From Candidatus Woykebacteria bacterium (GTDB lineage: Bacteria > Patescibacteriota > Microgenomatia > Woykebacterales > RBG-16-39-9b): 64,000 bases of DNA. Positions within the stretch are counted from its first letter, which is position 1, and every line of letters begins with the position of its first letter. This document shows positions 1 through 9,681 of this stretch, piece after piece. The DNA is taken from positions 392,547 through 456,546 of the forward strand of contig JBBDPM010000006.1 in NCBI GenBank assembly GCA_040876345.1, read 5' to 3'. The translations under genes and the position numbers were made by a program. The notes below the pieces were generated by a model that did not search any database, was not told the origin of the DNA, and was given only the letters and a program-made list of their open reading frames with translations.

Positions 1-20
1 TAGCTTTTGGTGATTCCATC

Positions 21-1310
21 CTAGCTTGGTAAAAGACTGTTTAAATTATAATTAGTATCGGAAAGTTTCTCTTTACTAGCGGTTATTTTAACACGCTTTT
101 TGATAAGTTCTGACACTGCATTTCGATCTTGGGAGAGATTTATCATGCTTGCACCTACTAAAACTCCTTCCTTGACGTGTAGGCGTCCTAGCTTACCTTC
201 TTGGACGGAACCTCTCTCAATAAGCTCTGTTTTTTCATCTGGAACAGGATCTCCCATAAACGCAAAAGGCACGTCAAATATTGAAATAGTATAGGCCGAG
301 ACTGTAGTGAACTGTTCACGGCTAGTTACTGACGATCCCCAACCGGCTGTCATATTTGGGCCAACAACTTTGCCTTGAGCAGCGGCATTGGACCAATTAC
401 CCATCTGGTGATATTTACCAAAAATAACGTCCTTAAATTCCGCAATGTCCCCAGCTGCCCAAACATCTTGCGTTTCGGTTTCCAAGTACTCGTTTGTAAC
501 AACACCTTTATTAATTTTTAAACCAGAGTCTTTCAAGTGATCCAAGTCCATGTGGATACCGACGCCGACTCCCGCAATTTGGGCTGGAATTTCTTGGGCT
601 TTATCTAGTTTAACCCCGCTCAAAGCTACATCACCAACAAATTCAGTTACTTGGGCTTGCGAGATAATATTGACCCCATTTTTTTCCAATATCTTGCCAA
701 TCAGCTTACCGGAGTTTTCACCAACCACGCTGCTCCAAAAATACGGCTCCCGGATAATGCAGGTGGTTTTTATTCCCGCTTTAATGAAGCTTTGAGAATA
801 CTCAATACCGATGAAGCCCCCACCAATCACTACTCCTTCTTTAGCTTTCCCCATTAAATCTTTAACTTCCTTAACATTCGCTACGGTGCGCAGATAAGTG
901 ACCCCTTTTAAATCCCCTCCGGGAATTGGTAGACGAGTGACCTTGCCACCAGAAGCAATTAGAAGTTTCTTATATTGTAGCTCTTCCCCATTTGACAGGT
1001 ATATATTGTTACTTTGAGTACTAATTTTATCCACTCTTAAACCGGTTAAGAGCTCTATATTTTTCTCTTTGTATTGTTCTGGTTTTCGAAGATAAAGTCT
1101 TTCAAAGGGTATTTGGTCTCGTAAATAATGAGGTAGCATCACTCGGGAGTAAAGTATCTCAGGCTCTTCCATGACAATGACAACTGATCCAGAAGAATCC
1201 TGCATGCGAATGAACTCTGCTGCAGTAGTACCGGCCACTCCTCCGCCAATGATTAGATAGTCCGCTTTGCGTCCTGCGACCACTTCGTGGGCTAAATCCA
1301 CTTGTTTCAT
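21..1310 (-). CDS. FAD-dependent pyridine nucleotide-disulfide oxidoreductase (NADH oxidase / CoA-disulfide reductase-like)
   Basis: N-terminal GGGVAG dinucleotide-binding motif, second Rossmann GGGFIG, 429 aa; family-level call only. Confidence 0.7.
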   Translation of the reverse strand: MKQVDLAHEVVAGRKADYLIIGGGVAGTTAAEFIRMQDSSGSVVIVMEEPEILYSRVMLPHYLRDQIPFERLYLRKPEQYKEKNIELLTGLRVDKISTQSNNIYLSNGEELQYKKLLIASGGKVTRLPIPGGDLKGVTYLRTVANVKEVKDLMGKAKEGVVIGGGFIGIEYSQSFIKAGIKTTCIIREPYFWSSVVGENSGKLIGKILEKNGVNIISQAQVTEFVGDVALSGVKLDKAQEIPAQIAGVGVGIHMDLDHLKDSGLKINKGVVTNEYLETETQDVWAAGDIAEFKDVIFGKYHQMGNWSNAAAQGKVVGPNMTAGWGSSVTSREQFTTVSAYTISIFDVPFAFMGDPVPDEKTELIERGSVQEGKLGRLHVKEGVLVGASMINLSQDRNAVSELIKKRVKITASKEKLSDTNYNLNSLLPS

Positions 1311-1359
1311 ATTTTTGATTATACAACCTTACTACTGTCGTTCTCAGCTTGACTGAGAA

Positions 1360-1701
1360 TCATTTGACTATCTCTTCGTAAAGATCTTCAAAATTTGGGT
1401 TTTCTTTTATTATTATCTCTAACTTCCAATTTCTATTCCAATGCTTAAGTTGTTTTTCTCTCTTAAGAGCATCCTCTATGTGATTGAATATCTCAAAATA
1501 TAAAATCTTGTTCAAACTGTATTTCTTAGTAAAACTTGAAACTATCCCTTTTTTGTGTTCATAAACTCTTTTAACTAAATCATTAGTCACGCCAATATAC
1601 AAGGTAGGGCGTTCGTTGCCAATAATGTAAACAAAATAATTTTTGTCCTTGAGACTCAAACTAACGGGCAAGATTCTCGCTTTCGCGAGAATGACAGACA
1701 A
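1360..1701 (-). CDS. GIY-YIG nuclease domain protein
   Basis: FVYIIGNER..LYIGVTNDLVKRVYEHK matches GIY-YIG catalytic module; 113 aa stand-alone. Confidence 0.75.
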   Translation of the reverse strand: MSVILAKARILPVSLSLKDKNYFVYIIGNERPTLYIGVTNDLVKRVYEHKKGIVSSFTKKYSLNKILYFEIFNHIEDALKREKQLKHWNRNWKLEIIIKENPNFEDLYEEIVK

Positions 1702-1702
1702 C

Positions 1703-2554
1703 TTACTTCATAGCTACGTATTCATAAAAATCCGCTTTTGGATCAAAGCCAGGAATCATGTCGCTATACATACCAAACAACCGAAACCCAGCGTCTCTTA
1801 ACAAGTTCTGCAAATCTCCACGTTTAAACGGGTAAACTTCTAGACTGCCAAGAACCTTATTTTCTTGCTTTGTATCAACGTAAGAAACTACCACTTTGCT
1901 GTCAGTAATTTCGGGCAGGATGCCTATAACCCCACCCTCAGAACTGTAAGTAGTTCTTCCTTTTTCTGCGCTACCCCCAACCCCATTGTAGCGTAGTTTA
2001 AAATTATTAATCGGGTCTTTTATAATATTTTCTCTATCATCTAAAATTGTTTGGTAATTCCGCTCGTCTATGATTAAGACCCCCCCCAAGCGTAAAATCC
2101 TTCTAAATTCAGAAACAGCTTGGAGTTGATTTTCCCTACCAAAGAGTTGGGTCAAGGAGTTACCCATGAGAACTACCGCATCAACAGATTCTGACTCAAA
2201 ACCGCTTAAATCCCGCCAATCGTAGGTAGTAATGTCCAGCTCGACGCTTTCTTTGGCAGCATTTTCCACTGCTTTCCTTCGGAATTCCCCGTCAATTTCG
2301 TTGCTGGTTACATTGAAACCAGCTTGTTTTAAAGATAGCGTATCTAAGCCGATGCCAAGGCCAGCGTCAAACACCTTCTCGGAGCCTTTTTCCTTAAGAA
2401 CACCTACCAAAAAATTTGCCCGATCTTCTTTTCCCTTTGCCCCAACAACCCTTTCCCAATGATCCGCTAGACCTTTATAGGTGTCCCCTTCACTTCTCGG
2501 TGCTTCATTACCTAGTGCTTCTGGTGGAATTTGTGTATCTCCAGGCTCTTGCAT
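1703..2554 (-). CDS. class I SAM-dependent methyltransferase
   Basis: VFDAGLGIGLDT motif I (GxGxG), acidic motif II, 283 aa. Confidence 0.7.
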   Translation of the reverse strand: MQEPGDTQIPPEALGNEAPRSEGDTYKGLADHWERVVGAKGKEDRANFLVGVLKEKGSEKVFDAGLGIGLDTLSLKQAGFNVTSNEIDGEFRRKAVENAAKESVELDITTYDWRDLSGFESESVDAVVLMGNSLTQLFGRENQLQAVSEFRRILRLGGVLIIDERNYQTILDDRENIIKDPINNFKLRYNGVGGSAEKGRTTYSSEGGVIGILPEITDSKVVVSYVDTKQENKVLGSLEVYPFKRGDLQNLLRDAGFRLFGMYSDMIPGFDPKADFYEYVAMK

Positions 2555-2560
2555 AGTAAT

Positions 2561-2776
2561 TTAGGGGAAAACCTGCTCTCCTTTTTCATTTTCAACAATA
2601 ATAGCCAGTACTGGACAAGTTTTGGCAGCTTCAAGGATCTTTTCATCGGAATCACCGTTTTGCTGCTTAACAACTGCCTTAGCCTCGCTATCCAATTCAA
2701 AAGTATTTGGTGCAATGGCAACACAGTCGGCAGTTCCGATACATAACAGTCGATCAACCTTGACCTTCAGCGTCAT
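2561..2776 (-). CDS. small single-cluster ferredoxin
   Basis: 71 aa, DRLLCIGTADC ... CPVLAI pattern; paralog of 12247..12486. Confidence 0.65.
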   Translation of the reverse strand: MTLKVKVDRLLCIGTADCVAIAPNTFELDSEAKAVVKQQNGDSDEKILEAAKTCPVLAIIVENEKGEQVFP

Positions 2777-3146
2777 CTTTAAGAGCCTCCCTAAGAGTGT
2801 CCAAACTCAGAAACGCACATTTTAATCTTGCCGGTGTTGGATTAATACCAATTAATTCAAGTATATCACTCGAGTTTACCTTTTCGACTTCATCGATCGA
2901 CTTTCCAACTACATATTCAGCCAATAGTGATGCGGAAGCCTGCGAAATTGCGCATCCATTACCACTAAACATGGCTTCTTCGATTTTCGATGTTGGATGT
3001 TGTATTTTCAATTGAAGTTTGATCTCGTCTCCACAAAGGGGGTTGACTAACCTCGCTTCAAGATCAGGTCGCTCAATCTCCCCCCGATTTTTTGGGTTTT
3101 TAGCGACTTCTAAAATAGCCTGTCGGTAGAGCTGATCTTCGATCAT
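2754..3146 (-). CDS. sufU: SufU-type Fe-S cluster scaffold (IscU/NifU-like)
   Basis: NPLCGD, GCAIS, RLKCA cysteine ligand motifs; downstream of sufS in suf operon. Confidence 0.8.
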   Translation of the reverse strand: MIEDQLYRQAILEVAKNPKNRGEIERPDLEARLVNPLCGDEIKLQLKIQHPTSKIEEAMFSGNGCAISQASASLLAEYVVGKSIDEVEKVNSSDILELIGINPTPARLKCAFLSLDTLREALKDDAEGQG

Positions 3147-4438
3147 ACCTTAAATATTTTCTTCGCCTTTTCAATCGCAGGCGAGAGCTTATCAATCTCC
3201 TCTTTCGTGTTATAAATATAAAAGCTAACTCTGGCAGCGGCTGGAATTCCAAGTACTTTCATGAGAGGCTGGGCACAATGATGACCGGAACGGACTGCAA
3301 TTCCAACTGAGTCCAAAATTGATGCAAGATCATGCGGGTGAATCGCCACTTCACCTTTGTCGTCAACGATATTAAATGAAATAACCCCAGCTCGTTTTTC
3401 TGTATCAGTTGGACCGTAAACAACAAGGTTCTTAACTTTTTCGAGCGTTTCTAATGCGTAGGCTGTGAGTTCTTTTTCATGATAGCGCACGTTTTTCATT
3501 CCAAGAGACGATAAATAATCCACTGCTGCTCCAAGCCCAACAGCACCGGCAATATCTGGAGTCCCAGCTTCAAATTTCCAAGGAACATAATTCCAGCTTG
3601 ATTTCTCAAGTGTCACTTCCATAATCATTTCTCCACCACTCAAGAACGGCTCCATTTCCTCAAGAAGTTCTTTTTTAGCATAAAGAACCCCAATTCCAGT
3701 TGGTCCAAGCATCTTATGTCCAGTAAAAACGTAGAAGTCTGGATTTATATTTTGAATAGAGACCGGCATATGCGGTACGGACTGTGCGCCATCTATCAGC
3801 ACCTTCGGTGCTGGTGATGAGTTTCTAGTTGAGAGTTCATGGATTTGCCTTATTATTTCTTTGACTGGGTTAACTGTTCCCAACACATTCGACACGTGGG
3901 TCACAGCCACCAATTTTGTCCGTTTGGAAATTTGAGATTTGAAATTTGTAATTTGTAATTGACCGAGTTCGTCTACTGGGATGAACTCTAATTTGGCTCC
4001 AATCTCTTTCGCCAAAATTTGCCACGGGACCAAGTTCGAATGGTGTTCCATCTCTGTCAAAAGTATTTCATCTCCTTTTTTTATATTTTTCCGGCCCCAA
4101 CTGTAGGCAACTAAATTAATCGCCTCGGTAGCGTTGCGGACGAAGACGATTTGGCGAGAGTCCCCAGCGTTTACAAAATTAGCAACCTTTTTTCTTGCTG
4201 ACTCATAAGCCTCTGTTGCTTCTTCAGAAAGTTTGTGAACCCCACGGTGAACATTGGCATTATAATTTTGGTAATAATCGGAAATTACGTCTATTACTTG
4301 ATGCGGTTTTTGGCTTGTAGCAGCGTTGTCAAAATACACCAAAGGCTTGCCGTAAACCTCCCTTTTAAGTATTGGAAAATCCTTGCGTATTTTTTCCACG
4401 TCTAGCGCGGTCTTTTGTTTAGTTAACATCTCTTTCAT
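3143..4438 (-). CDS. sufS: cysteine desulfurase SufS (class V aminotransferase)
   Basis: 431 aa; HKMLGPTGIG PLP-lysine region and RSGHHCAQP active-site Cys loop. Confidence 0.9.
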   Translation of the reverse strand: MKEMLTKQKTALDVEKIRKDFPILKREVYGKPLVYFDNAATSQKPHQVIDVISDYYQNYNANVHRGVHKLSEEATEAYESARKKVANFVNAGDSRQIVFVRNATEAINLVAYSWGRKNIKKGDEILLTEMEHHSNLVPWQILAKEIGAKLEFIPVDELGQLQITNFKSQISKRTKLVAVTHVSNVLGTVNPVKEIIRQIHELSTRNSSPAPKVLIDGAQSVPHMPVSIQNINPDFYVFTGHKMLGPTGIGVLYAKKELLEEMEPFLSGGEMIMEVTLEKSSWNYVPWKFEAGTPDIAGAVGLGAAVDYLSSLGMKNVRYHEKELTAYALETLEKVKNLVVYGPTDTEKRAGVISFNIVDDKGEVAIHPHDLASILDSVGIAVRSGHHCAQPLMKVLGIPAAARVSFYIYNTKEEIDKLSPAIEKAKKIFKV

Positions 4439-4489
4439 GGAGATTGGATTCTAACTCTTTGAGGCTGGAAATACAAGATTGGTCTATCT

Positions 4490-4801
4490 TTAGACCTCAA
4501 TAAGAACTTCGTCTCCTTCAACCTTCACTTTGTAAGTCTTGAGTGGCTCTGCGGCTGGTGGCACAGTATTTTTCCCGGTTTTTATATTGAAATGACTCCC
4601 GTGGCAATTACACTCTACTTCCTGGCCGTCAATTAAATAATCATCCGAGATTATACACTGCTCGTGGGTACAAATATTAGCTGTGGCAAATATATCCTTA
4701 CCTAACCTGTAAAGCGCGATTTCTTCACTGTTGATTTTGACACCTTTTACCTCACCCTCTTTAATACTAGAAAGATTTGCTGCTTTTTGAAATTCGGCCA
4801 T
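4490..4801 (-). CDS. Rieske [2Fe-2S] domain protein
   Basis: CTHEQC ... CNCHGSHF (CxH-x17-CxCH) Rieske boxes; 103 aa. Confidence 0.75.
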   Translation of the reverse strand: MAEFQKAANLSSIKEGEVKGVKINSEEIALYRLGKDIFATANICTHEQCIISDDYLIDGQEVECNCHGSHFNIKTGKNTVPPAAEPLKTYKVKVEGDEVLIEV

Positions 4802-4818
4802 TCCTCCTCCTTATGAAA

Positions 4819-5805
4819 TTATTCTACGTATTTTATACCAATTGCGTAAACCCCACCACGTTTTATTCTCTGATCATAATTAGTAAATGAGTTGATTATT
4901 TTAATCGCCTCCCCAATATCTTTTGCCTTAGGGAAAACATTCACTAAACCCTCAGTCTTGAGTAAATCATCGATGTTACGGTAGTGCTTTATATAACGTA
5001 CTTCTATTTGGGAGCTGTCAATGAAACCAATCTCATCATTTCCGTAACTAAAGTTAATAAGGTCTCCCTCCTTCATGTTTTGGTATTGATGCGAACCGAA
5101 GGGCGCCCGCAGCACGATATTAACCAAACCCGCCTTGAGTAAATTAAAGTTATCGTGATTCGTATTGAGAAGCCACTCTCGTTTACCGTCAATCACCCGG
5201 TAGACATCCCAAACCCAGTGAGAAAATGGTGAAAACTCCACAATTAGTTCCTGGCCTTCTTGAAAGCTGCGGAAGCGGATGTCTGAATAATTGTTCTCAT
5301 CGATTTTAAAGCCTCGAATGCTCCACTCTACCTTGGTCATTTTAGATTCAGTTTTCACTTCAAGTTTTACCAGCCGTCCTTGTACACTAAACACGGGGGA
5401 ACGTCTATCAAGATCAAACTCCCTGTCACCTGTATCTTTATATTTATGTTCAAGAACAACTTTTTCCCAATTCTCTAACTCACGCTGGATTAGCTTCTCT
5501 TTATACCCACCTGTAAGTAAGCTTTCCACCCTGTCTACTGCCGCTATTCTAGCAACCCGTCGCTTATAAGCTACCAATACCCACCAACCTCCAATGATAG
5601 GGGAGGCCAATCCAACTACATAACTGCCAACACTAACCAAAAACTGCGCGCCAAATTCGGGAGAACTTGGCACCTGAAACTGCCCTTCTCGGTAAGCTGA
5701 ATAAAGGGCTGCAACCTGCTCCTTAGAAAAAAGATACAAAATAAAAAAGAAAAGAGAAAAAACTAATAACGGAACGAAAACCTCAACTAATTTTTTAGCT
5801 CGCAT
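4819..5805 (-). CDS. hypothetical membrane protein (2 N-terminal TM helices + ~240-aa domain) embedded in suf operon
   Basis: long ORF, hydrophobic N-terminus, no recognisable motif. Confidence 0.4.
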   Translation of the reverse strand: MRAKKLVEVFVPLLVFSLFFFILYLFSKEQVAALYSAYREGQFQVPSSPEFGAQFLVSVGSYVVGLASPIIGGWWVLVAYKRRVARIAAVDRVESLLTGGYKEKLIQRELENWEKVVLEHKYKDTGDREFDLDRRSPVFSVQGRLVKLEVKTESKMTKVEWSIRGFKIDENNYSDIRFRSFQEGQELIVEFSPFSHWVWDVYRVIDGKREWLLNTNHDNFNLLKAGLVNIVLRAPFGSHQYQNMKEGDLINFSYGNDEIGFIDSSQIEVRYIKHYRNIDDLLKTEGLVNVFPKAKDIGEAIKIINSFTNYDQRIKRGGVYAIGIKYVE

Positions 5806-5808
5806 TAT

Positions 5809-6411
5809 TTAAATATTAAACTCTTTATAAAGAAAATTTTCTAGAGAGGCCTTTTCCCGAGTTGGAAGTTGCTCTAAAATCCCACTAAAGTATCCTTGCA
5901 CTATCAGCTTTTTTGCTTCTCTTTGATCAATTCCTCTACTCATAAGGTAAAACGTCTGTTCTTCGTCGACTGGTCCGACTGTTGAGGCATGACCAGCTTT
6001 TACTTCATTTTCATCTATCTCTAGAGATGGGATTGCTTCGGCTTTGGCGGTGTCTGATAACAATAACGCGTCTTCGCGAAAGAAAGTATTGGTATTTTTT
6101 GCCCCTTTTTTAATGGAGACTAGGCCGTAAAATCCGCCAACTGAGCGGTCTGTCAAAACTGATTTGATCAAAGTGTCACTTGTAGTATCTGGTGCTACAT
6201 GATCTATATCCACGTTTACTTTAACCTCATCTTTATTCGCCAAAAAGAAAGCCCCAATGACCGACAATTTCGCTCCCCGACCGATGAGTTTTGCTTTAAC
6301 GTTGATTTCGACTGGACCAGTTGTCTCCTTAGAGGCTGATCTTGTCGAAGCCCACACCAAAGGCAAAACCTTTTCCTGGTTTTCTTTTAAAGTGAGGTTG
6401 ATCTTTTTCAT
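5809..6411 (-). CDS. sufD: Fe-S cluster assembly protein SufD, short (200 aa, C-terminal-half-like)
   Basis: C-terminal EQTFYLMSRGIDQREAKKLIVQGF signature shared with SufB/SufD; about half normal SufD length. Confidence 0.65.
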   Translation of the reverse strand: MKKINLTLKENQEKVLPLVWASTRSASKETTGPVEINVKAKLIGRGAKLSVIGAFFLANKDEVKVNVDIDHVAPDTTSDTLIKSVLTDRSVGGFYGLVSIKKGAKNTNTFFREDALLLSDTAKAEAIPSLEIDENEVKAGHASTVGPVDEEQTFYLMSRGIDQREAKKLIVQGYFSGILEQLPTREKASLENFLYKEFNI

Positions 6412-6413
6412 AT

Positions 6414-6803
6414 CTACATTGGAATGTCCCTAACCCTAAATTTATGGGAGTCTATAACAACAATTTTCCTAATAAAATCAGAATCTTTGTATTTCTCTAA
6501 AAATTTATCAATTATTTTAAATAAATTTTGGGGAATTTTTCCTTTGTGACGAATAATAATTAAACCGTATTTAGTGGTCCCACTTATGTTCCTTAGCCTA
6601 GTAAACCCAAGATCAAAGGTTAGTATAACTCGTTCAAGTCTATGTGCCTCTTCAGTAATTATGTTATCTGGAGATCTGGATAATCCTAGCTCCTTTACAG
6701 AAACTAAATCTACGTCTTTAGTTCTTAAGTATTCATTAATTAGGTGGGGGACATTTTCATCGGAGATCAGCTTCATGTACCTTCTCTTTATCGATAAACT
6801 CAA
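6414..6803 (-). CDS. DUF5615-like (PIN-like) putative toxin partner of DUF433
   Basis: 129 aa immediately downstream/overlapping DUF433 gene; the usual DUF433-DUF5615 pair arrangement. Confidence 0.5.
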   Translation of the reverse strand: MSLSIKRRYMKLISDENVPHLINEYLRTKDVDLVSVKELGLSRSPDNIITEEAHRLERVILTFDLGFTRLRNISGTTKYGLIIIRHKGKIPQNLFKIIDKFLEKYKDSDFIRKIVVIDSHKFRVRDIPM

Positions 6804-7041
6804 TATACTCGTGCTCTAAAGCTTTTGCGCTGTAGCGAAGGCAAGCATTAATATCCTTTTCTGTCAAATTGGGGTAATAATCTCGAAGGATTTCCTCGGT
6901 AGTAACACCAGTAGCAAGCAGGTCAATAATCATGTAAACAGGTATTCTGGTGCCAGCAATTACCGGTTTACCTACCATTATTTCATGATTAACAATTATT
7001 TTACCAATATCTTTTGGATCACGGTTTTTCATAGCAGCCAA
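6757..7041 (-). CDS. DUF433 domain protein (putative antitoxin-like)
   Basis: MVGKPVIAGTRIPVYMIIDLL core is the DUF433 signature; 94 aa. Confidence 0.7.
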   Translation of the reverse strand: MAAMKNRDPKDIGKIIVNHEIMVGKPVIAGTRIPVYMIIDLLATGVTTEEILRDYYPNLTEKDINACLRYSAKALEHEYIEFIDKEKVHEADLR

Positions 7042-7622
7042 ATTTTAACACAGGCATCTCATCAATTCAATTGGAGTGGGTAAGTCAAAAAAAGAATAGC
7101 GCCGGGGTTGATCTCTGGAAACCCGCGCCCCGAAAGCCGCCACTTGCGACACCGATAGAACGCTAAAGCGTTCTGCAACCACTTTGTGGGCTAAGGACTC
7201 GAACCTACTATTCAGCTCTCCTCTATCTAGCCCAACGGTCCTCTATCTCCAAGTAGTTTTTGGTCTGCTCCTTTCTAGGTGGCCTAAGCTTCGTGTAGGA
7301 AAACCATAGAGAAAAGGTCGGTCCGTGCACCCAGCAGAGGGGCTTGAAAAATGTACCATTTACCAAACCCCTCTTGGCAAGGCGCCCCATACCATTTCCT
7401 TCGACGTAGACGAGCTGATCCTCACGCCACCGAAACTGGCCAAGAAAATTCCTCAAAGCGTCGGGCATGGTAGTTTCCCTCCTTACTTCTACCATCTAAG
7501 GCATCAATACGTTATTGGAACCGAGGTACTAACAGAAAAAACGGGGATAATCAATAGTATAAGTTTATTAACCTACAGAGCCGATCATTTCCAATTGTAT
7601 CAGGCTAGTTCAAGTATAAAAA

Positions 7623-7847
7623 CTATTTTATTTTCATAAATTCTTCTACTGAAAGCCCGGTTTGGTTGATAATTGATCTCAAAGTACCAGTTTTTACATC
7701 CTTTGCGTGATATGGCACCGGGATGCGACTCTTACTACTCGGATTTAGCATTATATAATGGCTCCCAGAAATGTGATCAACAATATAGCCAATTTTCTTA
7801 AGTTTTGATATAACTTCCCGGGGTTTGAGAGGAGAGAGTTTTGCCAT
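7623..7847 (-). CDS. hicA: HicA family mRNA interferase toxin
   Basis: 74 aa, PLKPREVISKLKKIGY..HISGSH pattern typical of HicA/YcfA; overlaps hicB by 1 nt. Confidence 0.75.
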   Translation of the reverse strand: MAKLSPLKPREVISKLKKIGYIVDHISGSHYIMLNPSSKSRIPVPYHAKDVKTGTLRSIINQTGLSVEEFMKIK

Positions 7848-8071
7848 CAGACGGAGACGGAAACCTTTTCAATTTCACCAGTCTCCTGAGGAACAGCTTC
7901 ACCGTGTTTCTTTAAAGAAGCAATATAACCTTCAATAGCATCTTTAATCATTTGCAAGGCTTCTTCTTTTGTGCCACCTTGAGTGGTACATCCTGGCAGC
8001 GCTGGTGCGGAAACAACATAGCCACCTTCTTCGGCCTTTTGCAGATAAACCGTATAGTTGAGAACTTTCAT
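7847..8071 (-). CDS. hicB: HicB family antitoxin (UPF0150)
   Basis: 74 aa, YTVYLQKAEEGGYVVSAPALPGCTTQGGTKEEAL typical HicB N-domain. Confidence 0.7.
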   Translation of the reverse strand: MKVLNYTVYLQKAEEGGYVVSAPALPGCTTQGGTKEEALQMIKDAIEGYIASLKKHGEAVPQETGEIEKVSVSV

Positions 8072-8262
8072 AAAAGCAATTATAGCACTTCTATTAAAGC
8101 TTGTCCTGAGCGAAGTCGAAGGAAAAAGTGCGCGGGCTGGACGGTTTAAGAAGGTTTGATCTGCATTTTACGTGCGCTGGGTTTAGTTCGAGGAAGTATT
8201 CGAGGGTGAGTTCTTTGACAATAGGTTCGGTCCCACTTCGCCAAGGCTACGAGGGATTTCGC

Positions 8263-9672
8263 CTATCCAACCGCTCCTACCATTTCTAGTTGAATTAATC
8301 TGTTTAGTTCGAGCGCATACTCTAAAGGTAGTTCCCGTACGATAGGCTCAATAAATCCATTGACAATCATGGAAGTGGCGTCGTTTTCGGAAAGACCACG
8401 AGACATTAAATAGAACAACTGATCTTCCCCAATTTTGGAAACAGAGGCTTCATGACCAACTTGCACATTTTCTTCATCTATTTGCATCGTTGGGTAAGTA
8501 TCGGATCTGGATTTATTGTCGAGGATCAAGGCGTCACAACGCACGTTAGATTTGGCACCCTTGGCGCCTTTTATCACTTTGAGCAACCCGCGGTAAGAAG
8601 AGCGGCCGCCGTCTTTCGAGATTGATTTAGAAATTATCTGAGACGAGGTGTAAGGCGCCAGATGAAAGGCCTTTCCACCTACATCCTGATGCTGGCCGGC
8701 TCCAGCAAAGGCGATGGAGAGTATCTCACCCCTGGCTCCCCTACCTTTCAAATAAACAGATGGGTATTTCATACTTATTTGCGATCCAAGATTGCCATCA
8801 ATCCACTCCATGGTAGCATCTTCTTCCACCATTGCCCGCTTTGTTACGAGATTGTAAACATTTTTACTCCAATTCTGAATTGTGGTGTAGCGACAGCGGG
8901 CCCCTTTTTTGACAAAAATTTCAACAACTGCAGCGTGCAGCGAATCAGTAGTGTAAATCGGCGCGGTACAGCCTTCGACGTAATGGACTTGGGCTCCTTC
9001 GTCAACGATAATTAGTGTCCGCTCAAACTGCCCCATTTGGGCCGCGTTTATGCGGAAGTAGGCTTGGAGGGGAACATCGACTTTGACGCCAGGTGGTACG
9101 TAAATGAAGGATCCACCAGACCACACAGCGCTATTTAGCGCGGCCAGTTTATTATCGGCCGGCGGAATCGCCCGGGCAAAATATTCTTTGAAATACTCTG
9201 GGTATTTTTTCAGAGCCGTATCGGTATCTAAAAAAATTACCCCTTTTTTCTCAAGATCGGCTCGTAAAGAATGGTAGATCACTTCACTGTCATACTGGGC
9301 CCCAACTCCACCAAGGTAGTTTTTTTCAGCCTCCGGAATACCGATTGCATCATATGTTTCGCGGATCTCGACAGGTAAATCTTCCCAACTTTTGCTCTGC
9401 TTTTCTGTCGGCTTTAGATAGTAATAAATCTCATCATAATTAATTCTCGAAAGATCGGCCCCCCATTTAGGCTGCTTTTTGGACTTGAAAATCTCATAGG
9501 CTCTGAGCCGAAACTCCCGCATCCAATCAGGCTCTTCTTTTTGATAAGAAATTTCTCCAACGATAGATTCGTCAAGACCTTTGCGGGTCTTAAAAACATA
9601 CTTTTCCGGCTTCGAGAACCCGTACTTCTCTCGATAGCCTTCGTTAACCTCAATTGTCGCTGTTTTTGACAT
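8263..9672 (-). CDS. sufB: Fe-S cluster assembly protein SufB
   Basis: 469 aa, full-length similarity pattern to SufB incl. C-terminal [11 protein letters not shown]. Confidence 0.9.
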   Translation of the reverse strand: MSKTATIEVNEGYREKYGFSKPEKYVFKTRKGLDESIVGEISYQKEEPDWMREFRLRAYEIFKSKKQPKWGADLSRINYDEIYYYLKPTEKQSKSWEDLPVEIRETYDAIGIPEAEKNYLGGVGAQYDSEVIYHSLRADLEKKGVIFLDTDTALKKYPEYFKEYFARAIPPADNKLAALNSAVWSGGSFIYVPPGVKVDVPLQAYFRINAAQMGQFERTLIIVDEGAQVHYVEGCTAPIYTTDSLHAAVVEIFVKKGARCRYTTIQNWSKNVYNLVTKRAMVEEDATMEWIDGNLGSQISMKYPSVYLKGRGARGEILSIAFAGAGQHQDVGGKAFHLAPYTSSQIISKSISKDGGRSSYRGLLKVIKGAKGAKSNVRCDALILDNKSRSDTYPTMQIDEENVQVGHEASVSKIGEDQLFYLMSRGLSENDATSMIVNGFIEPIVRELPLEYALELNRLIQLEMVGAVG

Positions 9673-9681
9673 AATTAATTC

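Noticed and set aside
7042-7622. tmRNA, RNase P RNA or SRP RNA in the GC-enriched ORF-free segment
   Set aside because: On reading both strands I could not find the conserved tmRNA acceptor/CCA end or tag-peptide frame, the RNase P P4 motifs (GGAAAGUCCGGGCUCC / AGGGUGAAA..GGUGCGGUAAGAGCGCACC), or the SRP domain IV motif. The T-arm-like GGTTCGAGTCC has no paired stem. Left as an unclassified structured region.
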